This document shows positions 26,484 to 33,822 of a stretch of DNA of 64,000 nt, one piece after another. Under the pieces are notes generated by a model that saw only the letters and a program-made list of their open reading frames with translations, was not told where the DNA came from and did no database searches. Source of the stretch: Candidatus Caldarchaeales archaeon (lineage in GTDB: Archaea > Thermoproteota > Nitrososphaeria_A > Caldarchaeales > Calditenuaceae); assembly GCA_039630085.1 (NCBI GenBank), contig JBCNVM010000008.1:7179-71178 (forward strand), written 5' to 3'. A program made the position numbers and the translations under genes. The first letter of the stretch is position 1, and each line of letters starts with the position of its first letter.

Positions 26484-27161
26484 ATGAGGGGGGTGACCAT
26501 CCTCGCGTTCTCGGGCCTCGCACTCATCACCTACGCCGTCGCGACAGGTCAGCTGGGGATATACTACGTAGTTACCGAGAGCATGGAGCCGAGCGCGCCG
26601 AGGGGCTCCCTGATTATCTCGGTCCCCGACAGGTTCGTGGAGGCCGGCGATATGGTCCTCTACGACCTTCAGGGCTTCACGGTCGTCCACAGGGCCTCCG
26701 AGCTGAGGCCGGAGGGGGTTCGGGTGGTCGCGGACGCGTACCCCTGGTATTCGGAGCTGGTCTCCTGGGAGAGGGTGAAGGGCAGAGCGGTCCTCGTGAT
26801 ACCGTTCCTCGGGTACGTCGCGCTCGGGCTCTCCGCAGTGCCCGTGGTCTTGTTGGGTCTCCTGGTCGTCCTGCTGCTCCCCAGGAAGCCTCAGGAGGGC
26901 CAGTCCGGGAGCCCGCTCCTCTTCGCGTTTTCAGGCGGAGCCCTAGTCCTGGTAGCGGCCATCGGCGACACGGGACTCGTGACGATCGGCAAAGTCCCCG
27001 CGCTCGTCCTGCTCGCCTCTTCGCTGGCGGCAATCAGGTATCTGGAGGCGAGGGGATCGGACGCGCCGGGTTGGTTGATCGACGCGTCCTACGTCATCTT
27101 TTTAGTCGCGTGCCTCGCTTCGATATCAAGGAAGGCCTTCTTGGGGGTGTTGGGGCTCTGA
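26484..27161 (+). CDS. sipW: Type I signal peptidase, S26 family, ER/archaeal SipW-like (Ser-His type)
   Basis: An N-terminal TM helix, then VVTESMEPSAPRGSLII (catalytic Ser box, compare SGSMEP), then GDMVLYD...VVHRA (His box). Two or three additional C-terminal TM helices. It starts 6 nt after the P3 stop. Confidence 0.8.
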   Translation: MRGVTILAFSGLALITYAVATGQLGIYYVVTESMEPSAPRGSLIISVPDRFVEAGDMVLYDLQGFTVVHRASELRPEGVRVVADAYPWYSELVSWERVKGRAVLVIPFLGYVALGLSAVPVVLLGLLVVLLLPRKPQEGQSGSPLLFAFSGGALVLVAAIGDTGLVTIGKVPALVLLASSLAAIRYLEARGSDAPGWLIDASYVIFLVACLASISRKAFLGVLGL

Positions 27162-28513
27162 GGACCGCATCGCTCGCGGCGCTCTCGGTCCTGACCGTCG
27201 TCCTGATGGTGACCTCCGCGGCCCACGCCTCGTCGGGCGTGGTGATCCACAACAGGTACGGCCTGCCGATCACCGTTGACGGCCAGCTGGTCGATAGGTT
27301 CCCGGCGAGCGTCAGGCCCGGGTCCTACGTCTGCGTAGTCCACCAGGTCTTCTACCTCACCTCCGAGAGGAGGCTCGTCTTCAGGGGTTGGTCCAGCGGC
27401 GAGACCTCGCCCTGCCTCACCGCGACGTCAGGGACGCTCGAGGCCCTCTACGAGGAACAGGTCCTGGCCGTGGTCGACTCCAACTACGAGCCGGTCAGGA
27501 GGAGCATGTGGGTCAAGAGGGGCGAGAGGGTGGTCCTTGAGGTGGAGAGGGTCTACGTCGACCGCGGCTACCGGTACGTCTTCTCGAGGTGGAGCAGGGG
27601 CGAGAACCCGTTCGAGCCGGCCAACGCGATAGTCGCGATGGACCCGATCTACGTCGATGTGAGGTTCGTGAAGGAGGTGAGGATCGACGTGATATCGCAC
27701 TTCGGGGTCCCGGTCAACGGCTCGGGCTGGTACCGCGAGGACGAACCGGTCGTCATCTCCGCGCCCGGAGAGATCATGCTCGGACCTGACGAGAAGCTGG
27801 TCTTCAGGGAATGGACGACGGTGGGGCTCTACCCCGCCGTGATATACTCGCCGGGCTCGAGGGTCACGACGCTCGAGGCCAGGGCTCCGCACGTTATCAG
27901 GGCCGAGTACGACAGGTACCTCCGGGTGAACGTCGAGGGGCCGCAGGGCGTCATCGTCGGAGGCTGGTTCAAGGAGGGCGAGAGGGTCCAAGTCAGCGCT
28001 CCCCCGGTGATCGAGGTGATACCGAACGCTGTCAGGCTGGTCTTCGTCGGGTGGGAGGGAGACATCGCCGCGTCCGTCCCGAACGTCGCGTTCACCGTCA
28101 CGAAACCGCTCTCCGCCAAGGCCAACTACAGGCTCGAGTACAGGGTCGAGGTCAGGTCACCGGTCGGAGCCGCGGGGACGGGCTGGTACCCTGCTAACAC
28201 CACGGCCACGATCAGGGTCCCGACCGAAATGCAGGCCTTCCTCTTCGCGAAGAGGGTCCTGAGCCACTTCACCGGCGACTGCGGCGAGGACTGCAGGGTC
28301 GGCGGCCTCCTGAGGCTCTACGTCGACTCCCCGAAGTACGTCGAGGCCGTCTACAGGATCGAGCCGGACATCCAGTCGATAATCGCCGCGGGCGCGGTCG
28401 TGGGGACGGTGGTCGTCGCCTACTTCGCCATCGAGAGGATCAGGAGAAGGAGGGAGGTCATCCGGATCGGCTTCGAGGACATGGAGGAGCCCAAAAAGGT
28501 CGAGAGCCCATAG
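27071..28513 (+). CDS. Surface protein with five divergent InlB-B-like beta repeats, an N-terminal signal peptide and a C-terminal TM anchor
   Basis: Recurrent repeat signature: LVFRGWSSGE, YVFSRWSRGE, GSGWY...LVFREWTT, GGWF...LVFVGWEGD, GTGWY...VLSHFTGD. Signal peptide ...LTVVLMVTSAAHA/SSG. C-terminal IIAAGAVVGTVVVAYFAIERIRRRRE. No alternative start exists between 27071 and the Met at 27206, so it overlaps sipW by 91 nt. Confidence 0.7.
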   Translation: MVDRRVLRHLFSRVPRFDIKEGLLGGVGALRTASLAALSVLTVVLMVTSAAHASSGVVIHNRYGLPITVDGQLVDRFPASVRPGSYVCVVHQVFYLTSERRLVFRGWSSGETSPCLTATSGTLEALYEEQVLAVVDSNYEPVRRSMWVKRGERVVLEVERVYVDRGYRYVFSRWSRGENPFEPANAIVAMDPIYVDVRFVKEVRIDVISHFGVPVNGSGWYREDEPVVISAPGEIMLGPDEKLVFREWTTVGLYPAVIYSPGSRVTTLEARAPHVIRAEYDRYLRVNVEGPQGVIVGGWFKEGERVQVSAPPVIEVIPNAVRLVFVGWEGDIAASVPNVAFTVTKPLSAKANYRLEYRVEVRSPVGAAGTGWYPANTTATIRVPTEMQAFLFAKRVLSHFTGDCGEDCRVGGLLRLYVDSPKYVEAVYRIEPDIQSIIAAGAVVGTVVVAYFAIERIRRRREVIRIGFEDMEEPKKVESP

Positions 28514-28589
28514 CGCAACCCGCCGACCGACGGGTCCCGCTCTCATCAGGAACCCGCGCCCTTGGTCCGCTCTCACGTCGTCGCTAGCG

Positions 28590-28597
28590 TTTTTTAG
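28590..28597 (+). promoter_or_regulatory. TATA-like TTTTTTAG upstream of aIF2-gamma (it may also act as an oligo-T terminator for the preceding operon)
   Basis: 24-31 nt upstream of the ATG at 28621, and the only A/T block in the spacer. Confidence 0.4.
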
Positions 28598-28620
28598 TGC
28601 GGGAGGGGTCGGTGCGGCGG

Positions 28621-29865
28621 ATGAGCGCAGTAATGCCGAGGCAGCCGGAGGTCAACATCGGGACGCTGGGGCACGTCGACAACGGCAAGACGACCCTCGT
28701 CCAGGCGATAACAGGAGTCTGGACCGCGAGGCACTCGGAGGAGCTGAAGAGGGGGATAACGATCAGGATAGGTTACGCAGACGCGGCGGTCTACAGGTGC
28801 CCCCTCTGCGAGGAGCCCTTCAACTACAAGACAAGCGTCATCTGCCCTGCACACGGCGTCCAGACCGAGCTTGCGAGGGTCGTCTCGTTCATCGACTGCC
28901 CCGGCCACCACTCCCTGATGATAACTATGCTCAGCGGCGCGCCCCTCTTCGACGGAGCGGTCTTCGTAGTCGACGCGAGGGTGAAGTTCCCCCAGCCCCA
29001 GGACAGGGAGCACCTCGAGGCGATGCTGGTGATGGGGATGAGGAACATCGTCTTCGCGCAGAACAAGGTCGACGTCGTGACGCCGGAGAGGGCGAGGGAG
29101 AACTACGACGAGATAGTGAGCTACGCGACCTCGAGGGGCCTTGAGGAGCCGGTCGTCGTCCCGGTCTCGGCACAGCAGGGAGCAGGTGTCGAGGCGCTCC
29201 TTTACGCGATGGAGATGTGCATACCGACCCCGAAGAGGGACCCCGCGAAGCCCTTCCTGATGCCGGTCCTGAGGTCCTTCGACGTCAACATGCCCGGCAC
29301 TGTCGCGACGGAGATCAAGGGGGGCGTGATAGGAGGCTCGATAGTGCAGGGGACCGTGAGAATCGGCGACGAGATCGAGATCGTCCCGGGGCTCCCCGCG
29401 AGGCCCGACCAGCCCGGGTCGCCCTACGAGCCGGTCCACACGGTCGCTAGGAACATCAAGGCCGGAGGGAGGGGCGTGAGGGAGGCAAGCTGCGGAGGGC
29501 TCGTGGGGATCGAGACCGACCTTGACCCGTCCTTCACGAAGTCGGACGGCATGAGCGGGAACATGGCCGGGAGGCCCGGGACGCTGCCGCCTGTATGGGG
29601 CGAGCTCGACCTGGAGTACGCCCTCTTCGAGAGGGTCGTCGGGGTCGACGGCGACCTGAAGGTCGGCAGGATCGCGCCGAGGGAAGCCCTGGTCCTCAAC
29701 GCGTACTCCGCGGTCACAAGCGGCGTCGTCACCTCCGTGTCCGGCGAGAGGCTGTCGGTGAAGCTCACCCGGCCGATAGCCGCGTCCCCCGGCGACAGGG
29801 TCACGATCAGCAGGAAGGTCGGGACCGGCTGGAGGCTGATCGGGTACGGCAGGATAGTCGGGTGA
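28621..29865 (+). CDS. eif2g: Translation initiation factor aIF2 gamma subunit
   Basis: NIGTLGHVDNGKTTL (G1), DCPGH (G3), NKVD (G4) and a zinc knuckle CPLCEE...CPAHG. I chose the ATG at 28621 over the track GTG at 28597 because of the TATA spacing. Confidence 0.95.
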   Translation: MSAVMPRQPEVNIGTLGHVDNGKTTLVQAITGVWTARHSEELKRGITIRIGYADAAVYRCPLCEEPFNYKTSVICPAHGVQTELARVVSFIDCPGHHSLMITMLSGAPLFDGAVFVVDARVKFPQPQDREHLEAMLVMGMRNIVFAQNKVDVVTPERARENYDEIVSYATSRGLEEPVVVPVSAQQGAGVEALLYAMEMCIPTPKRDPAKPFLMPVLRSFDVNMPGTVATEIKGGVIGGSIVQGTVRIGDEIEIVPGLPARPDQPGSPYEPVHTVARNIKAGGRGVREASCGGLVGIETDLDPSFTKSDGMSGNMAGRPGTLPPVWGELDLEYALFERVVGVDGDLKVGRIAPREALVLNAYSAVTSGVVTSVSGERLSVKLTRPIAASPGDRVTISRKVGTGWRLIGYGRIVG

Positions 29866-29868
29866 GGG

Positions 29869-30249
29869 TTGAGGGCGATCGTCGACGCGAGCTTCCTGAT
29901 GAGGTCCGTCGAGCTGGGTAGGGACCTGATCGAGGCGGTCTCCGAGAGGCTCGGCGAGCCCGTCGTCCCCTACACGGTGCCCCAGGTCCTCGAGGAGCTC
30001 AGGAGGCTCTCCTCGGGGAGAGGAGTGAAGGCCATCAGGGTGAGGGCCGCGCTGAAGGTCGCGAGAGGCATCGAGGTGGTCGAGGTGGGCGAGAGGGACG
30101 CGCCCGCGGACCGGGTGCTGGTAGAGCTCTCGAGGCAGAGGGGCGACATCGTCCTGACGTCGGACCTCGGAGTGATGAGGGCGGTCCTGAGGAGAGGAGG
30201 GAGGGCCGCGCTGGTCACGGAGGAGGGAGAGGTGAAGCTGGTCCTCTGA
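29869..30249 (+). CDS. PIN-domain protein (small, housekeeping-context type, downstream of aIF2-gamma)
   Basis: 126 aa. The acidic residues are in PIN positions (IVDASFL, VLEEL, LTSDLGV). TTG start 3 nt after the aIF2-gamma stop. Confidence 0.6.
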   Translation: MRAIVDASFLMRSVELGRDLIEAVSERLGEPVVPYTVPQVLEELRRLSSGRGVKAIRVRAALKVARGIEVVEVGERDAPADRVLVELSRQRGDIVLTSDLGVMRAVLRRGGRAALVTEEGEVKLVL

Positions 30250-30295
30250 GCCCCGGTCGCCGAGGTTTATCACCACCCGGGAACGGTCCGTCACC

Positions 30296-31387
30296 GTGGA
30301 CGTCGAGCGGCGGATCGAGCTGATAACGCGGCCTCCGACCGAGGAGGTGATCACGCTCGAGGAGCTGAGGGAACTCCTCGAGACCCTCGAGAGGCCGGTC
30401 GCCTACGACGGGTTCGAGCCGAGCGGGCTAGCTCACCTCCCCTTCGGGCTCCTAAGGCCGATCAAGCTGAGGGATATGATCGAGGCGGGGTGCAGGTTCA
30501 AGCTCCTCCTCGCGGACTGGCACGCGATGATCAACAACAAGATGGGAGGGGACCTCGAGGCGATCAGGAGGGTCGGGGAGTACTTCGTCGAGGTCTGGAG
30601 GGCCGCGGGGGTAGACACGGGCTCGGTCGAGATCGTCTGGGCGAGCGACAACGCCAGCGACCCCGAGTACTGGAGGCTGGTCGTCAGGGTCGCGAGGTCC
30701 GTGACGCTCAGGCGGGTGATGAGGGCCCTCCCGATCATGGGCAGGGTCGAGGGCGAGCTCCAGGAGGCCGCGCAGGTGATCTACCCGGCGATGCAGGTCG
30801 CGGACATCTTCTACATGGGCTGCCACATCTGCCAGCTCGGGCTCGACCAGAGGAGGGCCAACATGCTCGCGAGGGAGATAGGCCCCAAGCTCGGTTACTG
30901 GAAGCCGGTGGCCGTGCACCACCATATGCTGATGGGCCTCCAGGGCCCCGTGGGTCCCAGGGGGATGGACGACGACCCGAGGATAGACGTCCAGATCAGC
31001 TCGAAGATGAGCAAGAGCCTCCCGGAGACCAGCATCCTCGTCCACGACCCGCCCGAGGTGATCGAGCGGAAGGTGATGGGGGCCTACTGCCCTCCCAGGA
31101 CCGAGGAGGGCAACCCGATACTGGACTACGCGAAGCACATCGTCTTCAGGGCGAAGGACCGGCTGACCGTCGAGAGGGAGCGGAGGTACGGCGGCGACGT
31201 CACCTACGCGAGCTACGAGGAGCTCAGGGACGACTACTTGGCCGGGAGGCTCCACCCGCTGGACCTGAAGAGGACCGTGGCCAGGGCCCTCGACGAGCTG
31301 ATAGCGCCGATCAGGAGGCACTTCGAGACCAACGCAAGGGCCAGGGAGCTCTACGAGTTCGTCAGGAGCGCCGAGGTAACGAGGTGA
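30296..31387 (+). CDS. tyrS: Tyrosyl-tRNA synthetase (archaeal type)
   Basis: YDGFEPSGLAHL (HIGH-region equivalent), IYPAMQVADIFY, an exact KMSKS, and AYCPPRTEEGNPILDY...YGGDVTYASYEEL...LHPLDLK. It closely parallels M. jannaschii TyrRS as I remember that sequence. Confidence 0.9.
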   Translation: MDVERRIELITRPPTEEVITLEELRELLETLERPVAYDGFEPSGLAHLPFGLLRPIKLRDMIEAGCRFKLLLADWHAMINNKMGGDLEAIRRVGEYFVEVWRAAGVDTGSVEIVWASDNASDPEYWRLVVRVARSVTLRRVMRALPIMGRVEGELQEAAQVIYPAMQVADIFYMGCHICQLGLDQRRANMLAREIGPKLGYWKPVAVHHHMLMGLQGPVGPRGMDDDPRIDVQISSKMSKSLPETSILVHDPPEVIERKVMGAYCPPRTEEGNPILDYAKHIVFRAKDRLTVERERRYGGDVTYASYEELRDDYLAGRLHPLDLKRTVARALDELIAPIRRHFETNARARELYEFVRSAEVTR

Positions 31388-31487
31388 ATGTGGTCCGCCT
31401 GACCCGCGCCCGCTTCACCGACCGGGCGGATCGCCCTGCTCCGGGGCGCCAAGGCTGCGGACCGGTCAGATGGCCTGCGCTCCCCTC

Positions 31488-31928
31488 TTAAGACTTGCCC
31501 CGGAGCCCCCGGTTCCCCCTGCCGAGGAAGTGCTCCTCGAGGAAGGCCCTGGTCGACTCGGTCATCTCGAGCCCCTCGACCTCGTCCGGCCCGAACCACC
31601 TGGCCTCCAGCGCGTCGCTCCCCGCCGCCAGTGATCCGCCCACGACGTCGCACAGGAAGTCCACGATCACGAAGTGCTCGACCACGGACCCGTCCTCGGC
31701 CCTCCAGAAGACGTCCACCACGTCCACCACCCTGATGACCTCGACCTCCAGCCCCGTCTCCTCCCTCACCTCCCTCACGACCGCCGAGGCGGCCCTCTCG
31801 CCGAACCTCAGCCTCCCGCCGGGCAGCGACCACTTATTCCTCCCCGGAGGGTTGGACCTCCTCACCAGCAGGACCTTCCCGTCCCTCACCACGAACGCTC
31901 CGACCGCAGGAGTCGGCCTCCTCTCCAA
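31488..31928 (-). CDS. NUDIX hydrolase
   Basis: Nudix box GGRLRFGERAASAVVREVREETGLEV. 146 aa. Confidence 0.85.
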   Translation of the reverse strand: MERRPTPAVGAFVVRDGKVLLVRRSNPPGRNKWSLPGGRLRFGERAASAVVREVREETGLEVEVIRVVDVVDVFWRAEDGSVVEHFVIVDFLCDVVGGSLAAGSDALEARWFGPDEVEGLEMTESTRAFLEEHFLGRGNRGLRGKS

Positions 31929-31982
31929 GCCGGGACTGAAAGAGAGCGGATTTGCTTTTAGCGTTGATCCCGGGAGAGGGAC

Positions 31983-32579
31983 TCAGAGGTTCCTCGTCCC
32001 CTCTGCCCCGGAGACCTTAAGGCCCTCCGGGACGTCCGGGAAAGCGGTCTTCATCCTCTGCGCGGCGATCTCCGACGCCTCTTGGAGAATCTTCTGGGCC
32101 TCCGGGTCCGCGATCGAGACGCTCACCACCGTCCCCGAGACGCTGCCAGCCTCCGCTATCAGTCCCTCGAGCACCTCGTCGACGTACCTCAGGTTCTGGG
32201 CGACCTCCGGGACTATGCCTGCGAGGTCGGACTGGACCTGCTTGACGATCGCGGTCGCCGGGCCGAGGACGTGCATGACGTCCCCGAACTCCTTCACCGT
32301 CTCGAGCCTCAGGATCACCTTCTCGAGCGAGAGCTGGCTCCTCACGACGACCCTCGACATCTTCCTCAGCTGCGCGATCTCGTTCGCGTAGATCGTGGCC
32401 CTGCTGACGTCGCCCTCCTGCTGCGCCCTCACGCACTGCTCGAAGAGCTCCTTGGCCCTCGCGGAGAGCCTCGAGACCGTGCGGTTCAGCTTGTCCGACT
32501 GGATCCTCAGCGCCATCAGCACCTCGGTGAACCTGGCGTCGCTCGTCGTTATCGACTCCTTCACGAAGGGTATCCTCAT
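31983..32579 (-). CDS. cdvB: ESCRT-III (Snf7/CdvB family) protein
   Basis: 198 aa and all-helical, with a basic N-terminal half and an acidic C-terminal half. The layout LRKMSRVVVRSQLSLEKVILRLETVKEFGDVM...IVPEV...EVLEGL is typical of CdvB paralogs. A TATA-like CTTTTAG lies about 30 nt upstream. Confidence 0.75.
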   Translation of the reverse strand: MRIPFVKESITTSDARFTEVLMALRIQSDKLNRTVSRLSARAKELFEQCVRAQQEGDVSRATIYANEIAQLRKMSRVVVRSQLSLEKVILRLETVKEFGDVMHVLGPATAIVKQVQSDLAGIVPEVAQNLRYVDEVLEGLIAEAGSVSGTVVSVSIADPEAQKILQEASEIAAQRMKTAFPDVPEGLKVSGAEGTRNL

Positions 32580-32752
32580 CTCGGGCGTGATGGAGGACGA
32601 TCGGACTAAAAGTTGACCAGGCTCGCGGTCGAGGGGAATCGGTGAGGAATCCGCGGGAATTACCGCGCAGAGCGGTGGGCCCGCAGGTCGTGCGTTCCGG
32701 CGGCGCGGGAGCCGTTTTATCCTCGGAGGGAGGCACAGATGAAGGACGGGGC

Positions 32753-33742
32753 GTGAAGGCTCTCGGGAACGTCGGATCCAGGACCCTCGAGCAGGTCGTG
32801 GAGGCTGTGAGGGCCGCGGGCACGGAATGCGAGCTCCTGAAGGACCCGTCGGAGCTGAGGGACCCGGAGGAGGTGCTGATGCTGATCGGCGACGACCGGT
32901 GGGTCCTGAGGAAGGTCCATGAGCTCTCCTGCCCCGAGCAGCCCCTCCTGATCGTCGGCACCGAGGAGACCAGGTCCTTCCTGACGTCCGTCGGGCTCTG
33001 GGAGCTGAGGGAGGCCGCGGAGCTGTTCTCGTCGGGGGAGTTCGCGGTCGAGGAGGTCACGCTGCTGGACGTCCTCGCCGACGGCAGGAGGGTCGACTTC
33101 GCGGTGAACGAGGGAGCTGTCTTCCCGGTGAGGCAGGCGATGCTGATGGAGCACTCGCTCTACGTCGACGGCGAGCTCCTCTGGAGGGACAGGTCCGACG
33201 GCGTCCTGGTCTCGACGCCGATCGGCTCGAGCGCCTACTCCCTCTCAGCCGGAGGGGCGCTCGTCCACCACTCCGCGAGGGTCTTCCAAGTGGTCTCGAT
33301 CAACTCGATCGACCTCACGAGGAGGCCGCTGATCGTGCCATCGAGCTCAGAGGTCGAGGTCGCGGAGATGGACTGCGAGAGCGACGTCGAGCTGATCGTC
33401 GACGGGTTCCTGAGGGCCCCGGTGAGGGAGTCGGTGACCCTTCGCGCCTTCGGGAGGCCTCTGAGGCTCGTGAAGATCAGGGGCAGGGAGCCCGTGAGCA
33501 GGAAGATGGAGAAGAAGGTGATGATAGCGGAGGAGCTGCTCTCGCTACCGCCCTCCGCGAAGCTCGTGAAGAAGGTCCTCGAGTACGAGGGACCACTGAC
33601 CTTCGAGGAGCTCCTGGTCAGGACGGCCCTCCCGGAGAGGACGCTGAGGTACGCCCTGACCGCCCTGACGGCCCGCGGCGCGATCAGGAGGCTAAGGGAC
33701 CACAACGACGCCCGGAAGAGGATCTACGCCCTCAGGACCTGA
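32753..33742 (+). CDS. NAD kinase-like protein with a degenerate GGDG motif and a C-terminal winged-helix domain
   Basis: DGVLVSTPIGSSAYSLSAGGALV and NEGAV...VDGE match the NADK core. GGDG is replaced by GDDR (LMLIGDDRWVL). The last 75 aa or so (LVKKVLEYEGPLTFEELLVRTALPERTLRYALTALTARGAIRR) look like a MarR-type wHTH. I chose the GTG start at 32753, 33-38 nt downstream of TTTTAT; the track ORF begins at 32642. Confidence 0.7.
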   Translation: MKALGNVGSRTLEQVVEAVRAAGTECELLKDPSELRDPEEVLMLIGDDRWVLRKVHELSCPEQPLLIVGTEETRSFLTSVGLWELREAAELFSSGEFAVEEVTLLDVLADGRRVDFAVNEGAVFPVRQAMLMEHSLYVDGELLWRDRSDGVLVSTPIGSSAYSLSAGGALVHHSARVFQVVSINSIDLTRRPLIVPSSSEVEVAEMDCESDVELIVDGFLRAPVRESVTLRAFGRPLRLVKIRGREPVSRKMEKKVMIAEELLSLPPSAKLVKKVLEYEGPLTFEELLVRTALPERTLRYALTALTARGAIRRLRDHNDARKRIYALRT

Positions 33743-33822
33743 GATGGGGGCAAGGCGCTCGGAGGGCACGCGGTGTTGCCTGCGATCCAAGGTATAGGCG
33801 AACGCCCTGAAGGCGTAGGACC

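Noticed and set aside
29869-30249. PIN-domain gene as a VapC toxin of a toxin-antitoxin pair
   Set aside because: There is no upstream antitoxin-sized ORF. The gene starts 3 nt after the aIF2-gamma stop, in a translation-gene context. I therefore treat it as a housekeeping PIN protein rather than a TA toxin.
28594-30354. 586-aa minus-strand ORF opposite aIF2-gamma and the PIN gene
   Set aside because: A shadow ORF, Arg/Pro/Asp-rich. The forward frame encodes complete GTPase motifs.
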